Assembly: GCA_030390025.1 (NCBI GenBank)
Contig: CM059432.1
Coordinates: 73,906,001-73,970,000 of the forward strand
From: Squalus acanthias
Taxonomy: Eukaryota
DNA length: 64,000 nucleotides
Direction: 5' to 3'
In this document: positions 24,664 to 37,408 of the stretch, one piece after another
Layout of the letters: each line of letters starts with the position of its first letter
Numbering within the stretch: the first letter of the stretch is position 1
Notes under the pieces: model-generated
Databases searched by the model: none
Seen by the model: only the letters and a program-made list of their open reading frames with translations
Told to the model about the DNA's origin: nothing
Translations under genes and position numbers: made by a program

Positions 24664-25589
24664 GTTTGGCATTCTTTGTAGCAGTCCAATTGTGCAGTGT
24701 GCTGCCTGCACACTCCTAGATGAACCTTCAAATGCAATGTGGCCATGGCTCCTTTAAATATCCCGGCTGAAAATGCGTCACTGCTGACGTCATCAGACCC
24801 GTACCATTTAATAGGGCCGGGTAACGCACAGGGCGGCCTTAATAGGCTCCATTAACAGAAAGTCAATCTCAGGAGTGGCATGGTATGAAGAACGGAGTCA
24901 CGACCCGCCACAGCGACCGCCCGCACCGGACCCGCCCAGGTACAGAAAATTCCGGCCAATAATCCAGGAGAAAATTAACACCCACTTGGACAAGTATGGA
25001 GTAATAAAGAAGAGCCAGCATGGATTTGTTAAGGGCAAATTGTGTTTGACTAATTTGATTGAGTTTTTTGATGAGGTAACAGAGAGGGTGGAATAGGACA
25101 GTGCACTTGATGTTGTGTATATGGACTTTCAAAAGGCATTTGATAAAGTACCACATAATAGGCTTGTTAGCAAAAGTGAAGCCCATGGGATAAAAGGGGC
25201 AGTAGCAGCATGGATACAAAATTGGCTAAGGGATAGAACACAGAAAGTTCTGGTGAATGGGTGTTTTTCGGACTGGAGGGAGGTATACAGTGGTGTTCCC
25301 CAGGGTTCAGTACTAGGACCACTGCTGTTTTTGATATACATTAATGACTTGGACTTGGGGTACAGGGCACAATTTCGAAATTTGCAGATGACACAAAACT
25401 TGGAAGTGTAGTAAACAGTGAGGAAGATAGTAATAGACTTCAAGAGGACAGAGACAGGCTGGTGGAATGGGTGGAGACATGGCAGATGAAATTCAATGGA
25501 GAAAAGTGCGAGGTGATACATTTTAGTAGGAAGAATGAGGAGAGCCAATACAAGCTAAATGGTACAATTTTAAAATTGTGCAAGAACAG

Positions 25590-25732
25590 GGAGAGGGAGA
25601 AGGGAATAGAGGGTTATGCTGATAGAGTTAGATGAGGAAGGATGGGAGGAGGCTCGAGTGGAGCATAAATGGCAGCATGGACTGGTTGGGGCGAATGGCT
25701 TGTTTCTGTGCTGTTTATTCTAGGTAATTCTA
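25590..25732 (+). mobile_element. Short CR1 3'-end fragment inserted into the larger CR1
   Basis: GGGAATAGAGGGTTATGCTGATAG...GGCGAATGGCTTGTTTCTGTGCTGT...TTCTA interrupts the RT C-terminal region. Confidence 0.7.
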
Positions 25733-25828
25733 GACCTGGGGGTGTTTGTGCACAAATCTTTGAAGGTGGCAGGACAGGTTAACAAAGCAGTTAATAAAGC
25801 AGATGTGATCCTGGGCTTTATAAATAGA

Positions 25829-25971
25829 ATTGAGAGGTCGCACAACACCAGGTTATAGTCCAACAGTTTTATTTGAAATCACAAGCTTTCGGAGTTACTA
25901 CTCCTTCGTCGGGTGAAGTAAAGAGATACAGAATCGCCAAAGCATATATAGATAGAGAACAATGCATCTCC
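25829..25971 (-). mobile_element. Short Penelope-like terminal fragment with hammerhead-like motif
   Basis: 14-bp TSD GCTTTATAAATAGA (25815-25828, 25972-25985); minus strand CCGACGAAGGAG..CTCCGAAAGCTT..AATAAA..GTTGGACTATAACCTGGTGTTGT. Confidence 0.8.
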
Positions 25972-26977
25972 GCTTTATAAATAGAGGCATAGGGGGAATA
26001 TTAACGCCCAAAAATGGGTGGGTTTGGGTCGGGTGGCATATAAAAATGTAAAAAATCTAAAACTAACCCCAACCCGCCGCCAACCCACCCACTTCCGGTT
26101 TTACCAGAGGTGGGATGGGGCGCAGGCAACCAACCCACTCGCAGGAGGCGGATTGGTCATTTAAATAATATAATAAGGCTGCGTGCCTCAGAATTAACCA
26201 CCATTTTAAATTTAACCCTGGCCATCCAGGTTTCCCGGGCCTCGGGAAACCCAGCAGCTAAAGGGAGGTGAGGATTGCTGGATCCAGGAGGTAAGTGCCT
26301 TTCCACTTACCTGCAGGATCCAGTTAACCTGCTTCACCCACCCCCCACAATCGGACCCTCTCCCGACCCTTCCGATTTCCCCCTCGCCGACTCTTACAAC
26401 ATTCCCCCCAAAGTCTCCGATCTCCTCCACCACCGGCTCTTACAATCTCCCCCTGAGGTTTTTTTGATCTCCCCCCCACAAGGCCTCCGATCTCCCCTGA
26501 CACCAACCCTTCTGATCTCCCCTTCGAGGCCTCCAATCTCCTCCACCACCGACTCTTCCGATCTCACCCCCCGAGGCCTCTGATCCCTCCTTGCCTCCTC
26601 TCCGCTCCTCAGCTGCGGCCTATCTGTCCAACAGCCAGCCAACCTCTCAACCTGGCTGGCGGAGGCCGGGAAATGGAGACAAATGGCTAAAAATTCGATA
26701 GCCCCTGGAAACGGGCGCAGGATCACGATGCACGATTACCCCGCATCCATGCAAAGTAATGCAGGCAACACGCAAACTTGGTGCTACCTACCAATTTAAA
26801 TGATAGTGGTGTGCAGCCCAGTGCTAAACACGCTGCTGAGTGGCTGCCGCTCAGCAGAGGGCCCAAGCTTGCACCATTTAAAACTAGCCTGCACCTCTTA
26901 AAGGGGAGGTGCAGTTTGACAAGACCAGCTGCTGGAAGTCATTCCAGAAGGCAGTTTCAACTGGGAAACTTACAACA

Positions 26978-27177
26978 ATGGCACAGCAGGCCAGAGAAAA
27001 GGGCTCCAAGGTTCTCAGAGGCAGCCTCAGTACAGGAGGTGGAGAGGAGAGAGGTCATGTTTCCACAGGGAGCCAGGAGGGTCTCCAGACAAACACTGCA
27101 AAGGCAGTGAGAGCAGATAGCTACGGAGGTCAATGCCAACAGAGTTGCCCCGAGGACCTGGATGCAGTGCCGGAAGA
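26978..27177 (+). pseudogene. Myb-like exon 1 (5' part) of D-prime, cut at WMQCRK by a CR1
   Basis: RAPRFSEAA..EVERREVMFPQG..EQIATEVNANRVAPRTWMQCRK. Confidence 0.85.
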
Positions 27178-28597
27178 TTAAAAGGTATGACGGTAGATAA
27201 GCAGTGGCAAACATTTAAAGAGATATTTCAAAATTCTCACCGCATATACTTTCCATTGAGGAATTAAAAACTCCACGGGAAAAGTGATCCATCCGTGGTT
27301 AACTAAAGAAGTTAAGGATAGTATTAGATTAAAATAAGAGAATTATAATGTTGCAAAGAATAAAAGTAAGCCTCAGGATTGGGAGAGCTTTAGAAACCAG
27401 CAAAGGATGACCAGAAAATTGATAAAAAGGGAGAAAATAGAATATGAGAGTACAAGTGGTAAAAAGGAAGAGAGTAACAAAACTAAGTGTTGGTCCCTTA
27501 GAGGCTGAGACAGGAGAAATTATAATGGGGAATAAGGAAATGGCAGAGACTTTAACAAATATTTTATATCTGTCTTCACAGTAGAAGACACAAAAAGCAT
27601 GCCAAAAATAGTGGGGAACCAAGGAACTTAGCGTAACTAAGATCTGTAGAGAAAAAGTACTTCAGAAACTAATGGGATTAAAAGCCAACAAATCCCCTGG
27701 ACCTGATGGTCTACATCCTAGGGTTCTAAAAGAGATGGCTGCAGAGATAGTGGATGCATTGGTTGTGATCTTTCAAAATTCCATAGATTCTAGAACAGTC
27801 CCAGTGGATTTGAAGGTAGCAAATGTAACCCCAGCTATTCAAGAAGGGAGGGAGAGAGAAAACAGGGAACTACAGGCCAGTTAGCCTGACATCAGTCGTC
27901 GGGAAAATGCTGGAATCCATTATTAAGTTAGTGGTAACAGGGCACTTAGAAAATCATAATATGATTCGGCAGAGTCAACATGGTTTTATGAAAAGGAAAT
28001 TGTGTTTAACAAATTTATTAGAGTTCTTTGAGGATGTACCTAGAAGGGAAACCAGTGGATGTAGTATATTTGGATTTCCAAAAGGCATTCGATAAAGAGC
28101 CACATAAAAGGTTGCTACACAAGATAAGGGCTCATGGAGTTTGGGTAATATATCAGCATGGATAGAGATTTGGTTAACGGACAGAAAACAGAGTAGGGAT
28201 AAACGGATCTTTTTCAGGTTGGCAGGCTGTAACTAGTGGGGTGCCGCGACTATTTACAATCTACATTAATGACTTAGATGAAGGGACCGAGTGTAATGTA
28301 TCCAAGTTTGCTGATGATACAAAGCTAGGTGGAATAGTAAGCTGTGAGGAGAACACAGGGTCTGCAAAAGAATATAGACAGGTTAAGTGAGTGGGCAATA
28401 AGGCCTCCCTTTAGCTGTCGTGATACCTGAGGCCCGGGAAACCCAGATGGCCAGGGTTAAATTTTAATTGGTGGTTAATTTTGAGGCACGCAGCCTCATT
28501 ATATTATTTAAATGACCAACCCGCCTCCTGCGAGATGGAGTATAATGTGAGGAAATGTGAGGTTATTCACTTTGGTAGAAAGAATAGAAAAACACAA

Positions 28598-29370
28598 GGG
28601 GGTAAAAATTGAGTCGCGCCCCATTTGGGGCGCTAACCTCGCCGGGGCACGACTTTTAGCGCCCCGAAAAAATTAGCGGCCCCGCGCCGGAACTTCAGTG
28701 GTTGCGCCCCAAGAGGGAAGCGGGGCGCCACTGGAAGCACCCCGCATCCCTCTTGGGGCGCTGCGAGTGAATATCCTGGCGCTACGTGCCGCAGCGCCAC
28801 GCGCTGCGGCACGTCGCGCCGCGGTATTGCAGGCCTTCCTCCCCTTCTTAAAGGGGAGGGACCCTGCGCAGCGCGAACCGGGGCCCAGCTGGGCCCCCAG
28901 GGATCGGGAGTGCCGGCAAAAGAGCCCGGCACTCAAGAGAAGTGCCGGGCTCTTGGAGCGCAGCCGGCACTTCACGGTGGGGGGGCTTCACGGGGGCCGG
29001 GGACAGCAACGGGGGCAGGTGCTGGCAGGCGGCCAGCAACAAAAATGGCTGCCTGCCACCTCTCCTTTAAATATCGCCGCCCCGGCCGCACGTACGCCTC
29101 CCTGAACCCGTCGGACATAGCGTCTGGCGATAAATCAGGGGGCGCGACTGAAGATCACGGCCGGGGCGCGAGCGGGGTGCTGCGCACGGCGATGACGTCA
29201 TCGCCGGCGGCGCAGCGCCACAGGGCGCTACCGGCTGCCGCCGCCGCTAACCTCCCACTAAATTTTTCGGGAGGCGTGGGCGGCGCTGCGCCCGGGCGTT
29301 AGCTGCTTTACGCCCCATTAGCGCCCTCTTAAGGCGCTAACGGGAGGCGCAAGCAGCTGAATTTTTCCCC
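28598..29370. mobile_element. MITE-E, GC/CpG-rich, termini related to elements J and K (opposite orientation)
   Basis: CAA TSD; left end GGGGGTAAAAATTGAGTCGCGCCCCATTTGGGGCGC matches the reverse complement of the J/K right ends. Confidence 0.9.
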
Positions 29371-29976
29371 CAATACTTTTTAAATGGTGAAAAACTATTA
29401 AATGTTGGTGTTCAGAGATATTTAGGTGTCCTCATACAGGAAACACAGAGGGCTTGATTTTACCAGCCCTGAGGAGGCGGGTTTGGAGGCAGGTCAGGTG
29501 GCAAAATGGCTAAAAATGGCGGCGGGTTCCGATCCCGCCGTCAACCCGCCTCCGTGCAACTTTTCCAAAGGCGGGCTTGCAGCCTCCTGTTTGGTCCCGC
29601 CACCAAGCGGCGGGATAGGCTCTTAAGGCAGTTAACTGGTTGTTAACTGCCTGTGTAATCCTATTTTGCCTGCCCTTTTAAATTTTACCACATTTTCAGC
29701 GTGTTTCACATCGTTCCCAAACCATGCCAACTAATTGTGTCGGGTTCACAAGTGGCTGGCTTCTTAACAGCTGCAGCTCCAGCATAAAAACGGAGCTCTC
29801 AACAAGGCTCAGTTGCAGGTGGCAGAGCTTTGTTTTTTCAGGTCTTGGAAAACTTTTTGCAGGTCTACTGATCTTGGAAGTGGTGAAGCTGAGATCCATC
29901 TCCACTGTCACCTCCTGGGAAAACCCTCTCCCCACATTGACTGAGCACTTCCTCAACTGAGATATCTACCAGCAGC

Positions 29977-31197
29977 ATGGGAATCTTTTATTTCCTTTCA
30001 TCCTTGTCCTCAGATTCGGAGGACGAGCAGCCGCGGCAGCAGCAGCACCAGGCACAACAGCAGCACCAACAGCAGGAGCGCCAACCTTCTCCTCAGCCAC
30101 CTGATGCTGCACCGGGCAGAAGGCATCAGCGCAGGGCTGCACCTCGCCGCAAGAGATACCCCCAACACAGGGTTTACAGGCCGAGGATGTCCTTCCTCAA
30201 CATGACTGAGCAGCAGTGCCAAAGGAGGCTGAGACTTTTGCGAGAGGTAGTCGCTGACATCTGCACAATGCTGCACCGACACCTGGAGCCCAGAGGAGCA
30301 GGTGGACACTCCTTATCAGTGACTGTCAAAGTCACCACCGACCTCAATTTTTTTGCTTCAGGGTCCTTCCAGGGATCATCAGCAGACATCAGCGGCATCT
30401 CCCAGTCGGCCGTACACACTTGCATCACGCAGGTAACCGATGCCCTCTTTGCCAAGGCGCACAATTATATACACTTCTCCACGGATCAAGCAAGTGTAAC
30501 CGTGCATGCGGTTGGCTTTGCAAATATGGCAGGCTTGCCAAGGGTGCAGGGCGTCGTAGACTGCTCACATTTGGCCCTTAGGGCACCCCATCACAACCCA
30601 GCTCTTTTTGTCAACCACAAGGGCTTCCACTCCCTCAACGTGCAGCTGGAGTGTAATCACAGGAAGGACATTTTGCATGTTTGCACGAAGTACCCTGGCA
30701 GTTGTCATGACTCATTTATCCTGTGCCAGTCTAGTGTGCCTCCGCTCTTCAATCCGCCAAACCAACTTTCCGGGTGGCTACTTGGAGACAAGAGCTATCC
30801 CCTGAAGACGTGGCTGAAGACGCCATTGAAGAGACCATCCAACGAAACTGAAGAGCGCTACAATGCCAGCCACATTTCCACCAGATCCATTATCGAGCAA
30901 ACCATCGGCTTGCTGAAGATGCGATTCAGATGCCTTGATAGATCAGGTGGAGCCCTACAGTATTCAGCAGCCAGGGTCTCCAGAATCATCGTGGTCTGCT
31001 GTGCACTGCACAACATCGCACAGCATCGTGGCTTGTAGCTGCCTGAGGAACAAGTGGCTCATCGCATAGCCTCCTCAGATGAGGAGGAGGAGGAGGAAGA
31101 AGACCTTGCGGAGGCGGATAAGCCAGCTGCAGCAGCACGCGAGCACATTGCTGCCCAGGATACAAGGGATGCACTAATATTTCCCAGATTCGCTTAA
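29977..31197 (+). pseudogene. Harbinger transposase of F (353-aa ORF, stop at 31038 before the acidic tail)
   Basis: [28 protein letters not shown]; all three putative catalytic acids present. Confidence 0.9.
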
Positions 31198-31472
31198 GTA
31201 GACGAATCAAACAAATGGGGCTGGCACCTTCTTAACACACCATACACAATGGACAAGAACCTGTGGGTTCCTATCACTCTCACCACCATCATTACAAATG
31301 CAAGTCGCCCTGAGCCCTCAATGTGGAACTTCCATTTCCGAGATCACATAGGCCAGAGCTTCAACTGTTTGCCATCACTTCTGTTTAATCCATTCACAAA
31401 AGGATGACAATGTCAAATATTAAAGAAAACAAAAAACAACAGAACAGAACACCCAAGTGACTACCCTTGTGA

Positions 31473-33374
31473 CTAATTGTGCTTTATCTTCCTCTTACGC
31501 ATGCTTCTACGTGGTGCCTCCCCTGTGGCTTCAGCAGATGTGGAGGCCACTTGCTCACTTTCATGCTGCTCCTGCTTCGTCACCTTTGGTGGGCGTCCTC
31601 TAGGTTTGCGAGCCTGTGAGGGCTCGGCAACAGTCTGCTCCTCCTGCGTCTGTGCAGGGGCTGAAACGCCCATCCCAGTTGGGTGAGAACTCTAGTGGGG
31701 CTCTGACCGAGGGCTACTCAGTGGCATGGGAGTGTGAGCGCTTGGAGAGAAGCCCCCACTTCCTTGTTGCCTGCCACCAACATCCCTGTCATGGGTCAGC
31801 CCCACTTCAGTGCTAGAAAGTGGCTGGACAGCACCTTGCTGCACACCAGTGGGGGCCATGAGGACCCGTATCTGCACTGGCAGTCCGACTCAAAAGGACT
31901 TCCATGAAGCTCTGGTTTCTCTGCTCAATAGCTGCCCATCGCTCCTCCAGAGATGTCAGTCTATTCTGAACAGTCACCATGTTTTCCAGACTCTGGCGAC
32001 TTATTTCCTCCATGGCCGTAGTCATCCTCTCCTCTACTGTAGCCAACCTTTCCAGAGAGGTAGTCATCCTTACCACGGAGGTTGCCATCCTTTCCATGGT
32101 GATGCGTTCATGTGCCATTGACTCCACAAAGGCACTGCTCATGTTAGAAATGGACTCCTCCATCCTCTCCACACTCGCAGTGACCCTGGAGACAAAACCT
32201 GCCAGAGACTCCTGCACTTGTTCCTGGAGTTCCAGCACCGCTCTCTTTCTGGATGGCCCCAGAGGCTGAGCAGAGCTGGAAGCACCCTGCGGCCTCCGAC
32301 GAGGACTCTCCACTGCTGTCCCTGTCTCCACCATCTGCTGATGCTCACTTGTGAGCTGTGATACACCAGGTGACAACACTACTCTATCTCCCGAAGGTCC
32401 CACCAAGGTGTGCGTATCTGCGCTGGTGCTGGGTGCGCTGAATTCTGCTGACCCTGCGCCCTCAGAGGTTGCAGCTTCCTCTGAGGAATCTTCCAGCTCA
32501 GCCTCTTCCACCTGGACAGTGAGCAGGGGGGCTGTTGATGGTCCTGTGGGGGACTAAAGGCATGAGTTAGACATGTGATATTAACGTAGCATGCACATGG
32601 ACTTGTGCAGATGATCATAAGTCAATCTGTATGAGCATCAGAAGCCATATCAGTCACTCATGCAATGTAAATGAGAGAGATGCAAAACTATTCTGTCACC
32701 AGCTTGCCCTGATGTGCCCGTCTGTCCGTCCCCCACTTCCAGATTTCCTTGGCTCCAATGAACTCTAGGGCCACCTCCTCAGCGCTGGTGGGATGGGCTA
32801 TTGAGGGTGGCCCTCCTCCTGTCTTCGCCCTTTCCCTCTTATTGTGGGCTCTCTTTTCCTGCAATGAGGGACACAAGTGGAGTTTGAGTGAGAATGATGG
32901 AGTGAATGTAGAGAATCCACAGCATAGATGCTTAGAAGGAGACAAAGATGGATTGAGGTCCCAATACCAAGGGCCCTCCCTGTGTGTTGTTAGTTGTTGT
33001 CATTGCATAATAGTGATAGGGAGTGTGAGGGCAGCATAGTCGAATAGTGAAGTGATTGTGTACATAGAGAGAGAGGGATGGTTAAAGGTGCAAGGGATGC
33101 AAGGGTAAAGTGGGATGTGTAGGGGTAGGTTGGCAATGCAGAGTGCTGATGCTGAGAGGAGATGGGGAGCAGAATGAGGGTAAAGGTGCGGACAAGGTCA
33201 TTGAACTTCTTTCGGCACTGCAGCCAGGTTCTGCTGCACAACAATCTGGAGCTTACTTCCTGGGCCAGTTGCAGCCACACAGAGCACCTCCTTTTGAGCT
33301 CTGGCTCCCTCCACCAGAGCATGGAGGCAGTCATCATCGAAGCGAGGTGAGGCCTTGGGCCTTGAGCTAGACAT
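31473..33374 (-). pseudogene. Three-exon Myb/SANT-like gene of F, disrupted
   Basis: SPRFDDDCLHALVEG, WLQLAQEV..RTWLQCRKKFNDL; exon 2 EKRAHNKRERAKTGGGPP; exon 3 coiled-coil-like with basic C-terminus. Confidence 0.88.
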
Positions 33375-34354
33375 TTCAGGAGTATCAAACAATTAGCAAA
33401 GTATTCACTCTGGAAGTACAGAGGTAGAAAATGAACCAAGGCTGCTTGGAGCCCTTAAAAGCATCTGGATAAATGACGTCAGCAGAGGCGAGTTTCAGAC
33501 CCAAAAGACTAATTGGGCCAGGGGAGCGCACACGCAGGGAATCAATTGAACAATTAGGGCAAAATCGCAAATTTATCCTGCCTGACAGCGGAGGTGGGAG
33601 CGGGACCCGCCGACCACCTGACCCGCACCCAACCCGCCTCCATTAGTAAAATCGCAGCCAGAGAGTTAGCATGTAGGTACAGCAAGCAATTCGGAAGGCA
33701 AATGGCATGTTGGCCTTTATTGCAAGGGGGTTGGAGTACAAGAGTAAGGAAGTCTTACTACAATTGTTCAGGGCTTTGGTGAGACCACACCTCGAGTATT
33801 GTGCTCAGTTTTGGTCTCTTTATCTGAGGAAGGACATACTTGCCTTAGAGGCGGTGCAACGAAGGTTCACTAGATTGGTTCCTGGGATGAGAGGGTTGTC
33901 CTATGAGGAGAGATCGAGTAGATTAGGCCTATACTCTCTGGAGTTTTGAAGAATGAGAGGTGATCACATTGAAACATATAAGATTCTGAGGGGAATTGAC
34001 AGGGTAGATACTGAGCGGTTATTTCCCCTGGCTGGAGAGTCTAGAACTAGGTGGCATCATCTCAGGATAAGGGGCCGGCCATTTAAGACTGAGATGAGGA
34101 GGAATTTCTTCACTCAGAGGGTTGTGAATCTTTGGAATTCTCTGCCCCAAAGGGTTGTGGGGGCTGAGTCATTGAGTATATTCAAGGCTGAGATAGATAG
34201 ATTTTTGGACTCTAAGGGAATCAAGGGATATGGTGATCGGGTGGGAAAGTGGAATTGAGGTTGAAGATCAGCCATGATCTTATTGAATGGCGGAGCATGC
34301 ACGAGGGAACATAGGAACATAAGAATTAGGAGCAGGAGTAGGCCATATGGCCCT

Positions 34355-35194
34355 TCGAGTTTTAATGGAGGCGGAATGGGGCGGGCAGCCAACCTGCTTC
34401 CAGGAGGCGAGTCGTCCATTTAAATATTATAATAAGGCTGTCGTGCCTCAGATTTATCCTCCATTTTAAATTTAACTGTAGCTGGTCGGGTTTTGCAGGC
34501 CTCATGAAACCCACCAGCTAATGGAAGGCGAGGACTGCTGAATCCATTAGGTAAGTGTCTTTACACTTACCTCCAGATCCAGCGACCCTGCCTTACACAC
34601 CCCCCGCTATCGGCGAACCCCCCCAGGCTCCGATCCCCCCCGCAGGAAGCCTCGCCCCCCGTGCTCCCACAGCCCTCTATTGTCGTCTACCTCCCCCACC
34701 CCACTTCCCCTGGCTCCCCCCCGTGTCTCTTCTGGCCCTTCAATGATGCTCCAGACACACACCCCCACCCCCACCCCCGCCCCTCCCCCCCCGGTCTTCC
34801 GGCCCCCAATCATCTCCGGACCTCCCCCCTACCTCTTCGGCCCCCAATCAGCTCCAGACGTCCCCCCTGCTCCTCCGGCCCATCGATCTGCCACTCTGGC
34901 CTCCGATCTGCTCCCGACTTGCCCCCCCCCACACCCCCCACTGCTCCTCCAGTCCTCCCCGTGCTACTCAGGCCCTCCCCGACCACCCCCGGCCCCCACG
35001 CGATCCATCCCTCCATCCTGGTGCTGAATGCCAACCTGCCAACGGTTGGGAAACAAAGGTTTCCAATGCAAATCAGGCCCTGCCGTGAAATTCGGCAGAG
35101 CCTGCGGGAAACCCATGCTCCCGGATTTCCCAACCACTTTCGAGCACCAACCTCCCCCCCACTCCAAACCCGCCAAACTATTACATTTCAGGCC
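34355..35194. mobile_element. MITE-G (MITE-1 family); its other terminus is displaced to 37410-37447 in the opposite orientation
   Basis: Similar to 26100-26330; ends TTACATTTCAGGCC|AAT; partner end reads AAT|GGGGGAATTTTAAC on the minus strand from 37447. Confidence 0.8.
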
Positions 35195-35330
35195 AATGCT
35201 AAATTAAAAGCCACCACAAAACAAAACATTATGAGCCAATTTTATGAATCAAACCATTACAATATTTCATTTAGCTAATCACCCTTGTGCATTATATATG
35301 ATTAATTCCAATATTACATAACAAAGTCAT

Positions 35331-37011
35331 CTAATCACCCTTGTGCATTCCCTTAGTGCCTGTCTTCCGTGCGTCTTTGCCTGTCCTCGTGCTCCTATGC
35401 AATGCTACCCCAGTGGCTGCAGCATGGCTGGTGGAATGCAGCTGACTTTCAGTGGGGGAGACTGCAGATGGCCTTGCAGGACGACCTCGAGCAGCTCTGG
35501 GTCTAGCTGGCCCAGCTTCAGACTGCACCACCTCAGCATGGGTGGCAGCAGTCTGGGCTGGCTGGCTCACAAGCAACAGCAAAGGCACTGGCGGAGTGGC
35601 TGTGGTGGGAAGACGATTGCTGTCATCCTGAGAGAGGACAGCAGGTTCGTGCTCCACGGAGCCACTGCCAATCCTCGGGGGTGGCACCTCAGCAATCCTA
35701 GTAATCTGTTGGAGGACAGATTGCTGAACTGCTGTGACACCCTGCAAGCCCCTTTCAACACTGGTAAACCCAGCCATAATGGCAGCAGTCTGAGCTTGTG
35801 TGGTAGCAAGCTGATTTTGCATGACTTCAGTCTGAGCTTCCATTGCAGCACGCAGACGTTGGGTGGCTTCTGCTTGTGCTGCAATGGAAGCTGAGACATT
35901 GGCCATCAGACACTGCATCATGGTTGGGTTCATAAGTGTCTATAATGAATCTGTCTATCACTTCCACGCTGGAAAGGATGGGCTCCAAGCTCTGAGCAAC
36001 CCCTTTGCAAGGTTGGTGCTGGAATCCTCCATGCTCCTTGACATTGCACTCAGGCTTTCTGACAGGCCTGCCAATGCACCAAGCATTTCGTTCTTCTGTA
36101 GCCCACCCCATCAAAGGCCTCATCTGAATCCATGTGAGACCTCGTCCTCTGGGGAGCTGGCACCTGCACTACCCTTTCCCCCTGCCCTGACTGCAGCCCA
36201 CTCGTACCCGGTTACTCACCACGTGCAGATCCCGCATCTAAGCTGCCCTCTAAAATCCACGCATTGCCAGTATCTGAGCTGGTGGCTGCGAGTGATCGAG
36301 TGATTGTGTTTCTTCTTCATCATTTCTCTCCTCTTCCTCTACAACCACTGGCTGGGCAGTTTGGATTTCTTGGATCTCTGAAATGAGAAAGGCACAAGGG
36401 TAGGTTTGTGGTGAGTGGAGGGTGAAGGGGGAAAGCAAGAGGTGCATGTTTACACCATGTGCAGCTTGTAAGTCAGAAGAGATTGTGGGATGAGGGGGAA
36501 GTGGGATGTGAGATGAGGATTAGGTATGAGCATATCGTCATGTTCAATGGTTTCAGCACCACCGCTGGCCACAGCCTCAGTCACAGCCACTCCAATTATG
36601 CCGAGCACCATCTCCTCAAGTGGGGTCAGGATATGGAGGCGCGCCTGTCCCCCTCTGGTTAGCTGCCGCTGCCTACGGTTGTGTGCCACCTTATCCTGCA
36701 AGAGAGAGGGAAGTCTGTCAGTGAGTGTGGGTCAAAGTTTTTGGCTGATGTGCCTGTCATGGTTGAATAGCTGACAGTGTGTGCAAGCTGTGAGATGTGG
36801 GTGTTAGGCTTGCAGCAGTGGTAAGTGTGTGAGAGTGAGATGGAACACATGAATGTGAGGTATGAGTCATGATTGATAGAGATTGTTGGTAGGTGAGTGA
36901 TATGGGTGTGGTGAATTGAGCAGTGTGTGAGGCTAGTGGTGCAGTTTGTGGGATATGGCATTTGAAGATGCATTCACTGACCTTGACCACTCGTGTGAGA
37001 TCATTGAACTT
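35331..37011 (-). pseudogene. Remainder of the D-prime Myb-like gene (end of exon 1, exons 2-3), inverted relative to its 5' part
   Basis: KFNDLTRVVK|GTCAG; exon 2 DKVAHNRRQRQLTRGGQARL; exon 3 includes ORF 35331..35933. Confidence 0.88.
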
Positions 37012-37408
37012 AACATAAGAACATAAGAATTAGGAGCAAGAGTAGGCCATACGGCCCCTTTATTGCAAGGGGTTTGGAGTACAAGAGTAAGGAAGTCTTA
37101 CTACAATTGTACAGGGCTTTGGTGAGACCACACCTGGAGTACTGTGCACAGTTTTGGTCTCCTTATCTGAGAAAGGACATACATACCTTAGAGGCAGTGC
37201 AATGAAGATTCACTAGATTGATCCCTGGGATGAGAGGGTTGTCCTATGATGACAGATTGAGTAGATTGGGCCGATACTCTCTGGAGTTTAGAAGAATGAG
37301 AGGTGATCTCATTAAAACATATAAGATTCTGAGGGGGATTGACAGGGTAGACGCTGAGAGATTGTTTCCCCTGGCTGGAGAGTCTAGAACTAGGGGGCAT
37401 CGTCTCAT
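37012..37408. mobile_element. CR1 tail (minus, 37012-37058) joined to a CR1 body fragment (plus, 37059-37408)
   Basis: AACATAAGAACATAAGAATTAGGAGC..., then sequence very similar to 33716-34065. Confidence 0.85.

Larger units (their letters stand above)
21213..24957 (+). mobile_element. Harbinger transposon C
   Basis: Perfect 15-bp TIR GGCCGGAATTTTCTG / CAGAAAATTCCGGCC; AAT TSD. Confidence 0.96.
29450..33659 (+). mobile_element. Harbinger transposon F
   Basis: Ends GGGCTTGATTTTAC / GTAAAATCGCAGCC; AGA TSD; the CR1 is continuous across it. Confidence 0.93.
27178..34305 (+). mobile_element. CR1 LINE nested in D-prime, itself split by MITE-E and Harbinger F
   Basis: [67 protein letters not shown] in collinear pieces. 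Confidence 0.92.

Noticed and set aside
28633..29302. GC-rich ORFs or a host CpG-island promoter
   Set aside because: Lies wholly within MITE-E; CpG richness is more simply explained by young age.
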